A stretch of DNA of 64,000 nucleotides from Rhizophagus irregularis (taxonomy: Eukaryota): the NCBI RefSeq assembly GCF_026210795.1, contig NC_089436.1, positions 2,728,001 through 2,792,000 of the forward strand. The letters run 5' to 3'. Each line of letters opens with the position of its first letter. Position 1 is the stretch's first letter. Of this stretch, positions 53,378 to 64,000 are shown piece after piece. Position numbers and translations under genes: made by a program. The notes beneath the pieces are model-generated. The model was not told where the DNA came from, did not search any database, and was given only the letters and a program-made list of their open reading frames with translations.

Positions 53378-53642
53378 CCCTGTAAAAAAAAAATGTCCGG
53401 AAATTGTAGCTAAAAACATCCGGAAAATATCCATGTGTCCGGAAAACGTCCAGAAAATTGCAATATTCCGGACACTTTCTGGACGCTGGGTCTAAACCCT
53501 CCTAGACATTTTCTGGACATTTTCTGGAAAATGGAAATTTTCCAACGTCCAGAATATTGCAATATTCCGGACATATTCCAGACAAATAAACATTTTCTGG
53601 ACGTTTTTAGCTACAATTTCCGGACATTCTTTTTTTATAGGG
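53378..53642. mobile_element. MITE with CCCT...AGGG termini and TCCGGA/TCCAGA internal repeats
   Basis: TIR CCCTGTAAAAAAAAAATGTCCGGAAATTGTAGCTAAAAAC with inverse at 53603-53642; 3-bp TSD tag/tag. Confidence 0.85.
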
Positions 53643-53644
53643 TA

Positions 53645-53951
53645 GGCCACACAAATTCGAATTTTCGGTTCACTTCACCCGGCCGGGTCACTTTTTCAAA
53701 TTTCAATAAAAAAAAGTTTATATATAAAAAATTTATCATTTGATCAGGACGTAATTTTATTAGCGGGTAAGTTTATCACGCGGCTGAGAATTTCTAGAGC
53801 GAAAATAAATTCCTCCCTTTTAAAAGTCAACCAATCAAATGTCACGATTTTATATATAAACTTTTTTTACTAATAAACAATAAACTCCGGGTCCCCGGGT
53901 TGATTTTAAATTTCAATGTTACGTGAACCGAAAAATTGAATTTGTGTGGCC
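53645..53951. mobile_element. PIF/Harbinger (Tourist-like) MITE, copy 1
   Basis: TIR GGCCACACAAATTC / GAATTTGTGTGGCC; TTA TSD once the adjacent CCC element is removed; homologous to 58489-58751. Confidence 0.85.
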
Positions 53952-56495
53952 TTATATGATCAGAATATTGTGAATGTTCAACTTTTTTTTTTGTCAATCA
54001 ACTCCATACAACACATCATCGGAAATTGGTAATTTTTTATTACTATGCTTCTCTTTAAAAATGGTTTGCGAAAATTTTTCTGTTAATTCTTCGTTAACCA
54101 TATTTGCTGTTGTCAGCGAAATTTTAACTTTCGACTTGTTCGTTATGTACAGTACATTATTAGCAGAAGAACAAATCTTAGATTGAGAAATATTTTTTTA
54201 TTAAATCATTATAATTGATTTCTTACATAAATAGAAGACTTTCTTTTTTTCTTGTTAATATAAATTTTAATTTGTGAATGTATCAACGTACTGTACATAT
54301 GTGTACCAGTTCTTTCAGTAACGGGTTTTAAGTTATATCCTTCACGACCAATTAATTATTAATTTCAATATGATGAGAAATTGGAATGGACAAGTTTTCA
54401 TTTGCTTTTTCATTTTGTAAAGAAATAAAGGCTTTAGATATTTTCAAACGACAATAGTCAATCAAAAGGTACATATTTATAACGAAAATTGTCCCACAAA
54501 GACATTATGATCATCACACAACATAACAGATAATGTTTTTGTTAATATATTAAACGTTATTGTTACCAGTTTAGAAAAATTAATAATTTCCAGATACATC
54601 TTACAATAACAAAAAAATCAATGACTATGTATGAAATCTTTCACGCTTTTATTGCCATTTGAGGTAAAAAAAAAACCAAAAAAAAAAAAAGTACAAAAGA
54701 AACAGGATAAAATCCTGAATATGTACGGAAAATGCCCTATAAAACACATTTAGTCCGTAAATTCTTTTTATTTTCAGAATTTTTTTTGGGAATTGATTTG
54801 TGTTTTAGGTTAAATCCTTCATGAACGTAAAGTTTATAAAAATAAATTTCTTTATTCGTGAATAAAGACTTTGTTCTCATTACTTCAAACGCTTTCTTAC
54901 GTTATGAGATCGACACAATTACAGTACTGCTGATCATTTTATTTCTACGAAGTTGCGCTAACTTTTTTAGGGGTTTGAAAGGGAAGGTATGTTAAATGAA
55001 GCTATTTGTTGGAAGCAAGCCCATTTAAATATATGAACTTAAGAAGTAAAACCGGTCAAATAAAATTTAGATCTTTGTAACATAAATTTTTTTAAAAAAA
55101 TGCAGTCACCGGCTTTTATTTTATGCATGTAAAAATCAAAAAACCTAATAATATGAAAATTTTTTGTGATTTTATAATAAAAAACTTTTTACATTTTTCA
55201 AAAATTTGACGCAGACAGGGTTACAACTTACAAGAATCTAAAGATTTAATTTTTTCGTCCTAAGATTATTATAATTGCCAAGTTCTTTCATCAATCCTCT
55301 AGTTATCAGATATCTTCTAATTTTGTAGAATCAACACTACACTCATCACTTCCAACCCGCTAATAAATGAGGCTCTTTACAAATCACCAAGACAAGTAAG
55401 TCCCCGAAGGGTATGATTCCTTGGAATGCACGATCAACTATATTATAAAAAAAATCTCAATTGATAATGTTTTATATATAACTTGACATACTTTTGATTT
55501 ACAATGACAATATAAGTTAAAATTTTAATATTACAATAATGCAAATTAAATATAATGATGATAATTTCTATAATGTAATAATGATAACGCAAATGTTTAA
55601 CGATCCCGCATTTGAGAAAAAAAGCATATAAAGATTAAGATTAACAAAGTTACGAGGCATTTCTTGCATTAATAATAAAATTCCTAAAAAATTAGACCTC
55701 AAAGGTAGAAAAACTACTTTCACTCTTACAGTTCAAATTGCAAAATAACTTCCTAGTAAATATAAAAAAAGGCTTCGTAACTTTGCAAATATGGATTGGA
55801 GAAACTTTATAAGTGTGAAAATATTTGAGAAAGAAGAAGTTATTCGATCTATGCATCTAAAAAAAACGGGCCATTTTTTATAATAATTTATTATGAAAAT
55901 TTCGTTTATCAAATTTAAACTCTAAAAATATTAACTATGTAAAATATTAGGTAACTTGATATACTTTTGATTTACATAGTTGACCGCGCACTCCAAAGAT
56001 TCCTGTCAATCGCCAGGAATTCGAATTGTAGAAAACAAGGATCAACTGCCAAGATTTCTATCTATATTTAAAGAAAAAGTTCAAATTGAAATTTGGAAAT
56101 CTCTGGTAATTTAGAAAAGATATGTATATTTTGTATCGCAAGTTTCATGAATTCTTTATTAAGAAAAAACATAATCCTGTTTACAAGAAAAAAAATATGT
56201 TGTATATATATATACTCTAATAATAATGAATTTTATTCTTTTCTATAAACTATTTTTTTAAAAAAAAAAATGCATAATTGATAGTAAAATAATGAAAAAA
56301 TATATATATAATTGATAATAAATAAAATTAAATGAAAAAAGAAAAAAAATGGATTAAGTAGATCGATTGTAATTCGTCTGATTTACAGGAACATTTCTTC
56401 TAATGTTTTTCTTATTTTGTGACTAAATATTTATCAGAGAAGGTGAAAAATATTTTATATTAAAAAAAATTTATCAAATAAAAATATTAACAAAT

Positions 56496-56966
56496 TTATA
56501 TATTTTTGTAACTTACTTGTCGTGCTTTGGTCGCATTCGGCATTCTTCGTTTAAATCCTTTTCTTTTTTCTTTCAGATCATTATCTTTATGGTTGCTTGA
56601 TGTTGTATGTTGATGATTACCATTATCTGAAATTCTACTATTTTTTTTCTCTTTTTCTATATCTTTTTTTCGATTTCTTATTTCAATATCTTCTAGTAAC
56701 TTGTCTATTTGACATATCGCTTTATCGATCCACTCCCAAAGCGAAATATTTTCATCTTTATATTTATAATCTTTATTTATTTTAATTTCAATTTGTCGAG
56801 GGTTTACTTCTGTATTAATGTAAATGCATGTACCAGTCCCTTTTTCAATGGGTTTTATGTTACGTCCTCCACGACCAATTAATTTACCAACTTCAACATT
56901 TTCGGAAATTTCCATAGTGGTTGAAATAGTTGAGTATCTGATGGAATTTTGCATTTTTGTTTCCAT
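56496..56966 (-). CDS. Small single KH-domain RNA-binding protein (156 aa, intronless)
   Basis: VGKLIGRGGRNIKPIEKGTGTCIYI is a KH signature with an intact GxxG loop; basic C-terminal tail. Confidence 0.75.
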   Translation of the reverse strand: METKMQNSIRYSTISTTMEISENVEVGKLIGRGGRNIKPIEKGTGTCIYINTEVNPRQIEIKINKDYKYKDENISLWEWIDKAICQIDKLLEDIEIRNRKKDIEKEKKNSRISDNGNHQHTTSSNHKDNDLKEKRKGFKRRMPNATKARQVSYKNI

Positions 56967-57581
56967 TTTTATGAAGAATTTAAAGATGATATAATGTTGT
57001 ATTTTTTTTATTATTATTATTAAAAAAAAGGGAGGAAAAAAAAATATGTATTATTTTTTTTTTGAATTTTTTTTTGAAAAATGCAAACTCAAAAAAGGAG
57101 AGTATTTATAATTTAGCAGTTTTATTGCGAAGTTATGTTACTTATGTATAAAACAAAAACACATCGTAAAATCATTTTATTAACATAAAACCACTAACAA
57201 AATTTTTATATTTGTTATTATTTTAACAAAACCATTTTTTAATTAACAAAACCATTTTTTAATTATAAACAAAGACAATGTTTTTGATGACGAGCCATGA
57301 AAAAAGAATCTATTTTTAAATCATGTTTTTATTATAAAAGGTTTTTATTCTCTTTTAAGCATGCATGAAAAGAATGTTATTAAAGGATATTCGTTAATAT
57401 AATTGATAGTCAAGACTATCACAAAAAAAGGGATAGCTGGATACCTTTGTCTGGATCACCCGGTCTTGCTCCACAAATTGTGTTATTCAAAGAAATGTTT
57501 TTGTTATCAATTGCCTACTGCGCTATTAACTATCAATTATTCATAAAAAATTAATAATTAAAATGTTCAATATTATATACT

Positions 57582-57740
57582 AGTTATTGGATAAGAGATA
57601 TCGGTCGAAGACCGATATCCCCCATCCAATAATTGAGTTATAGTTCGGTCATTAGGAATACTGCGGCGATTTATAGGAATTAATGCTACTAATAACGATT
57701 TCAATATTGGATGACTCAGGAATATGCGGGATTTTTAGAT
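57582..57740 (+). mobile_element. Short Crypton-like end fragment with GAA-loop hairpin
   Basis: AGTTATTGGAT..GATATCGGTC-GAA-GACCGATATC..ATCCAATAATT has the same architecture as the Crypton left hairpin; downstream sequence recurs inverted at 60815-60945. Confidence 0.5.
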
Positions 57741-58488
57741 AGTCAAGAATTCCCTTTAACTCTGGTAATAGAAACGTGAAGCCATTTGTATTATTATGTG
57801 AAAATATCGTCGTTCACCACAATAAATTATTGCATCTTATGTATAACTATTTTATGAAACTATTCAAAAAAATTACGAGCACATCAGAAATATAGTCGTA
57901 GACGGACATGGTCGAATCAATCATTTTTTTATTCTTTTTTTAAAAAAAAAAAAAATTTAAAATCTAAACTGTAAACATGCGGAAAATCTTCTACGATTTT
58001 ACCATAAATTCGGTCTTATCTATTTTCATAATAAACAAGATGGTGTCATCATACAAAACTCGGCTGAAAGCTCTAAAACATAATGTTAAAAGTATAAATA
58101 TTTGTATAATTTTCGTGAAAAATAAAATTTGCTTAGATATATCTTTTAAAAATTAGAAATAAAGCAAACTATCTGATAGCAATAGATATAATAGATATTA
58201 ATAAAATTATGAAAATTTGAAAGTAATATAGAGGATAATGAATAAAATAAAGTGAAATTTGTGTATTATTTGTTGATAATGAACTGAACCAAGAAATCTA
58301 TTAAAGAATATTTTTTTTAAAAAAATAACTGTTTAAATTAAATGCGATCTTTGCTTAATTTTAGTCCAATTTTTGGAACCGTAATCATGAAATAACGTAC
58401 AAGAAATAAAGATCACACTTAAAGTCCGTGTAGTATCGATACTTGACAAACAATAATATCCTACCCTTTTTGCAATTTTCTTAATTAA

Positions 58489-58751
58489 GGCCACACAAAT
58501 TCGATTTTTCGGTTCACTTCACCCGGCCGGGTCACTTTTTAAGTTTATCACGTGATCAATACGTAATTTTATTGGCGGGTAAGTTTATCACGTGGCTGAG
58601 AACTTCCGGAGCGAGAATAAATTCTTTAATTACCCTCTCCTCTAAAAGTCAACCAATCAATGACACGATTTATATATAAACTTTTTTTTATTAATAAACA
58701 ATAAACCCCGGGTCCCCGCCTCGTGAACCGAAAAATTGAATTTGTGTGGCC
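58489..58751. mobile_element. PIF/Harbinger (Tourist-like) MITE, copy 2
   Basis: Same GGCCACACAAATTC TIR; TAA/TAA TSD. Confidence 0.9.
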
Positions 58752-59045
58752 TAAGCAATATTTTTTTTTCAACAAAATAAAATATTCATAAAAAATTAAC
58801 TAAAATATTTTTGAACACAGTTTCACTTATATGAAATTTTGTGCTAATAGTATAATTATAAATATTTTTTTTTTTTAAAAAAAGTGAAATTATAAAAGCA
58901 ATTTTTCATCAGCAGCAAAATTCTAGCGAAAGTTGGATAAATTCCTAAAAAAAAAGCAGTAAGAATTTGAAAAGATCATCTATCCTAAACATGTCATTTT
59001 TTGTTACACAAAGTAATATATAAGACGCAGTAAGACTTCCCCAAT

Positions 59046-59270
59046 TTCCCCAGTATCACCGTAGAAAAATGTCACATTCACGTGATCGTTTTTTATTCAT
59101 CACAACCGTCACACCCCACTGCTCTATAAGTATCTGAGGGACTTAGTTTTTTTCGAGTAGGCAAAACCTTATTCATCACCCCTTATTCGTCACTGTTTAT
59201 TTTCACGTGTTAGTGCATAACGCCGTAATGCGGGCCAAATGTGACATTTTTCTACGGTGATACTGGGGAA
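59046..59270. mobile_element. MITE-like element with perfect 33-bp inverted repeats
   Basis: TTCCCCAGTATCACCGTAGAAAAATGTCACATT (59046-59078) and its exact inverse (59238-59270); a third partial copy follows at ~59276. Confidence 0.7.
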
Positions 59271-59923
59271 GTTGACTTCCCCAGTATCACCGAACGGATC
59301 ATATATCACGATCTATTTACATCATCATGAACTGCGCTTCGTTAATTTTTCTCATGAACACTACTAACGAGATTAATTATTCCGAATAAAAGAATAAAAG
59401 AATTAACCAATCAATTAAGTAAGTTTGGGTTTTCAAAAATGACGACGATATAAATAGCGACTCTAAGAAATTTTTTTAAAAAAAAGATTTTAAACGTAAA
59501 ATATATACAATATAAAAACACGTATGAAGCAGAAATTATAGTGAAAGGATGTTTTTTTTTCGGTTTGATATTGAACATTTTTTATTTAGGAACATACAGT
59601 ATATTGAAATTGCGCCGCATATCGGCCCTTCCGAAAATTTTTGAGGCGTAGTAAATTTTCAAGCCACATCAATCGAAGGTTGAGGTGAAAGGAATTTAAC
59701 AAAAAAAAATGGCCAGAATTAATGTTAATTTTGGCCCGAATTAAATGTTATAATTCATTTAAAAAATTATGGCCTAATTTTCTTCTAATTTTAACCTAAA
59801 TTATATGTTGGAAAAAAAAATTGAAAAAGAGGCTTACAATAATCTCAAAAGTCTCATATCATATTCATTAATCGAGTTTAGTGTTGCACAGATGATGATT
59901 GGCGTGATTATCAAAGTTCAAAC

Positions 59924-60434
59924 GCAAACGGGATCCGGAACCCGGAACCCGGAAACCCTAACCCGGCCCGGACCCGGATCCGGGCTGGCAAATTTTCTTC
60001 AAAATTCACACGGGCCGGGTCCGGGCCGGCACATGAATTTTCGTCAAACCCGGATTTTCGTAATTCTGGCCAAAATTAAGTTAGCCGATTTTTTTGTTTT
60101 TATAGTACAACAAAATGATAAAAGTCCGGGTCCGGTCCGGGCCGGGTTTTTGATATATTACAGCAAATTTCAAAATATACGGGACACTTGAGAAATTTGA
60201 TTGTCGGGTTGTCGGGTAGCCGGGTTACTCGGCAGTAGGTTGTTTATTAGAAAAGTATAAATAACACGTGACGAGTATAATGAATAGTAGTATATCAGAT
60301 TATATAATAACCTACTGCCGAGTAACCCGGCTACCCGACAACCCGACAATCAAATTTCTCAAGTGTCCCGTATATTTTGAAATTTGCTGTAAGTCCGGGC
60401 CGGGTTGTAAAATAGTGGTCAATGCAGACCTCTA
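59924..60434. mobile_element. hAT-type MITE with CCCGG/CCGGG subterminal repeats; left TIR tip appears deleted
   Basis: Right end TGCAGACCTCTA; 8-bp direct repeat GTTCAAAC at 59916-59923 and 60435-60442. Confidence 0.65.
60161..60389. mobile_element. Tc1/mariner-type MITE with ~81-bp perfect TIRs, nested in the hAT MITE
   Basis: TA|CAGCAAATTTC...GAAATTTGCTG|TA; 60158-60241 is the exact reverse complement of 60309-60392. Confidence 0.8.
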
Positions 60435-60814
60435 GTTCAAACACTGTTCAAACACGTAATTAAAATTTTTTTTTGCCTAAAATTACGTAAAATATAAAAG
60501 ATCAGAGTCATGTATATATAATCAATCGGTCTATAGGCATAATTCAGTGTCAAAGTGAAATAGATAAAAAAAGGGAACTATTATGAAACCAATTTACTCA
60601 ATTTTTTTTCTCTAACAAAAAAGTACCAAATCGCGTATATATAATGAAAAAAAATTTTCGATATTTGTTCAAAATAATCGATAATTAAACAAAAAAAAAA
60701 AGATTTATTTTTCGCCGTTTTTGTGTAATGATTTACGAGACGACAGTACTAATTTCGTAAATAAAACAAGAAATAGTTTCCTTGGTCGTCATAATAGTTT
60801 ATATTATTGTTCAC

Positions 60815-60945
60815 TCGGTTAGGAATATGCGGGATTTTAATGACCGATATTTTTATGAGACATCCAATATTGAAAACGTTATTAGTAATATTAATTCCTA
60901 TTGGCCACACAATGATTGAACTATAACTCAGTTATTGGATGGGAT
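60815..60945 (-). repeat. Inverted, diverged copy of the 57620-57740 segment
   Basis: Reverse complement reads CCATCCAATAACTGAGTTATAGTTC...TAGGAATTAATATTACTAATAACGTTTTCAATATTGGATG, matching 57622-57712. Confidence 0.65.
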
Positions 60946-61229
60946 AACTCTCCCCTAATAAATCTTGTTTCTTATATTTCTACATTTATTATTAATTTCA
61001 CCAGTATAGTAGGTCCGGATGATCATATTTCTCGATTTCCCAGAATATCACTCGCAATTAATTTATGCATGTTAATTATGTACATAAAATTTTATTGATG
61101 GTGCAAAACAATAAATTTTGTTTAAAATTGATGTACAAACTCAATAAGTTACCATATTATTTTTTTGTCGATCGATTATTAAATATAAAAGAATAATTTC
61201 AATCTTAAATTAGAAAATAATAAAAAAAA

Positions 61230-64000
61230 ATGTCAAAAAAACCCATCTTAAAAGATTCAAACCGTTATATTGAATGGTTAGAAAAATCAATTATCGATGA
61301 ATATATAAACTACTATGAATATTCAGACTTCAAAAATATTCTACCAATAGGAAGTGGTTCTTATGGAAATGTCAATCGTGCTAATTGGAAAAATACTGGT
61401 CATTTCTTCGCTTTGAAATCTTTTAGTGATGACAAACAAACTTTTAAAGAAATCACAAAAGAGGTAATCATAATCAATAAAATATTTAAATTTATTATTC
61501 AAAATACTAATAATACTTTTATGATATGTGCCGCAGTTAAAGTTACATCGAAGTGTTGATGTACATGAAAATATCATACGACTATGTGGAATCACAAAGG
61601 TAGAAACCGGTAAGTATTTAAAAACTTATATAATGTAATGAACACTTTTTCTTATAAATAATTAATTGTAATAAAATAATAAATATTGATTTGATTAGAC
61701 GAAATTCAAAAATATTCTTTAGTCTTAGAATATGCTGATAGCGGTACGTTAAATACTTACTTAGGCAAACATTTTAATGAACTGAGCTATAAGGATAAAT
61801 TCCACCTAGCATTACAACTAGCTAGTGCTGTAGAATTTTTACATGCTAATGATATTATTCATCGTGACCTGGTAAGAATATTTTTTTAAAAAAATTTTTG
61901 TTTATTTTAATATATATTAATATATAAAGAGATTAACACAATTAATTATTGTAAATTGAAGCATGGAAATAATATACTTATACATCAGAAGAATATTAAA
62001 TTAGCAGACTTCGGTTTATCAAAAAAAATTGTTGAAGCATCAAGTAATATATCAAAATTATTTGGCGTAATGCCCTACGTGGACCCAAAAAGTTTCGATG
62101 ACAAAGAAAATTATAAATTAAATAAAAAATCTGATGTATATAGCATTGGAATTTTATTGTGGCAAATTTCAAGTGGATATAGACCTTTTAGTGAAGTTAA
62201 TTATGGTCCAAGTTTAATGTTATCTATATTAAATGGTAAAAGAGAAAAAATCATTGATGGAACTCCCATTGAATATGGTGACTTATATACAGGTAAATAA
62301 TTAAATAGTAAATATAATATTTCGATATAAATAACATGAATATTAATTTTATTTACTGATTGATTAGCATGTTGGAAATATGAACCAAATGAACGCCCAA
62401 ATATACAAGAAGTTGTTTTAACACTTAAATCAATTATTTCTCCTGAAATTATTATTTACAAAGTCAATGACGACAAAAAGAGTTCTGTTTCATTGGGAAA
62501 ATATAAACCAAATTCAGAATCAAGCAAGGTAACAATGGATATAAATCACGATTTAAGCCTCAATAATAGTTTAATATTAAATACTATGCTAAATCTAAAT
62601 ACTACTATGTCAAATAACATTACATCTTTCAGCATTAATTTATATGAAAGTAGTAATGTATGTGAAAATAGCACAAGTTCACAAAATCGGTTAGATAGTC
62701 CAATTAGTCCATCATCAATTGCATCAGCTGATCAAACATCGAGTAATCTACTTGGGTCGATATATGACGCAGTCGCTGATAAGTTAATTAATTATATAAT
62801 TAAGAAACATGATGGAGGAATGACTTTTGATCAAGTTCAACAAAATTTTGATGATATAGTATTACAATTAGATCAAAATTTAAGTAACTTTATAGATTGG
62901 TTATCACAGAATCAAGATAAACCACAATTTAATTGGTTTCTTGGATTATTTTATTATTATATTATTGTTACAGCAGAAGAAAATTGTAGCATTAAAGCAT
63001 TTGAATTATTTTCAAAAGCAGCAAATAATAATTGTTCAATCGCTCAAGTTTATCTTGCAAAATGTTATTATGATGGATATGGTATTAATTGTGATAAAAA
63101 GTTGGCATTTGATTGGTACAAAAAATCTGCAAATAATAAAAGTATTATCGGAAAATTTTATCTAGGATATTGTTATGAATTTGGTATTGGAACCATGAAT
63201 AATGAAAATGAATCAGCTTATTGGTATAATGAAGCAGCTAGAAGTGGAAATACAACTGCAAAACTTTATCTTGCTAATTATTATAAATTAGGAAAAGGAA
63301 TTGATAAAGATGAAATTAAGGCATTTAAATATTATAAAATATTAGCAAAACTGGAAATTTCTGATGCACAATTTGAGCTTGGTAATTGTTTTTATAATGG
63401 AATTGGAACAAAAGTTGATAAAATGCAAGCAAAATATTGGTATGAAAAAGCAGGAAAGAATGGAAATATTATAACAAAAAATATTTTTAGTGATAAAATT
63501 GGAACAAAAAATACTAATAGAGAAAAAATTTATAATATATTATTTTCAAAAAAGTTGAGTCGACTTGGATTATATTATGTAGGAAAAATATTATTTAAAA
63601 CAAATTATGAAAAATCATTTTATTATCTACAAAAAGCAGCAGGAAATGGATGTAAATTTGCACAATTTAATTTAGGTAAATGTTATCAAATAGGAACAGG
63701 TGTAAGAAAAGATACAAGAAAAGCCTTTGAATTATACAAAAAAGCGGCTAGAAAAGGATATATAAATGCACAATTTCAACTCGTTTATTGTTATGATTTT
63801 GGATATGGAACCGAAATAAACAAAGTAAAAGCATTTGAATTGGTTAAAACGCTAGCTAAAAAAGAAGATAATGATGCATTATATTTGTTAAGTATGCATT
63901 ATGCATTTGGAATAGGGGTTGATGCGGATAAGAAGAAAGCTTTTGAATTATTTAAAGAATTGGCAGAAAATGAAAATAAGATTAACAAATATTTATCTGG
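61230..64000 (+). CDS. Kinase-Sel1 paralog, 5' part (runs off window end)
   Basis: Exons 61230-61463, 61537-61609, 61699-61871, 61962-62292, 62368-end; same intron positions as 4208-9958. GSGSYG, FALK, HRDL|HGNN, DFG, then Sel1 repeats. Confidence 0.9.

Noticed and set aside
53435..53743. 102-aa ORF
   Set aside because: Spans two adjacent MITEs; repeat-derived.
59805..60191. 128-aa Gly/Pro-rich ORF
   Set aside because: Translation of CCCGG repeats in nested MITEs.

Overview
Very AT-rich eukaryotic DNA with short GT-AG introns. The gene content (intron-containing tyrosine-kinase-like kinase fused to long Sel1/TPR arrays, BTB-BACK-TLDc, many small transposons) fits an arbuscular mycorrhizal fungus (Glomeromycotina, Rhizophagus-like); this is inferred from family content only. 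Host genes: three kinase/Sel1 paralogs (two cut by window edges, one with a 2-bp frameshift), a BTB-BACK-TLDc gene, a 5-exon four-TM gene, two membrane-anchored cupredoxin paralogs and a single-KH-domain gene. Mobile DNA: two pogo/Tigger-type transposons (one apparently intact), a decayed Crypton, non-autonomous Helitrons, hAT, PIF/Harbinger, Tc1/mariner and CCC...GGG MITEs, a decayed LINE ORF2, and an intact ORF1-only retroposon with poly(A) and TSD. The most unusual signal is a ~350-bp GC-rich insert (16617-16970) built from tandem units whose predicted crossing helices show compensatory changes, a candidate undescribed structured RNA. All coordinates and exon boundaries were read by eye.
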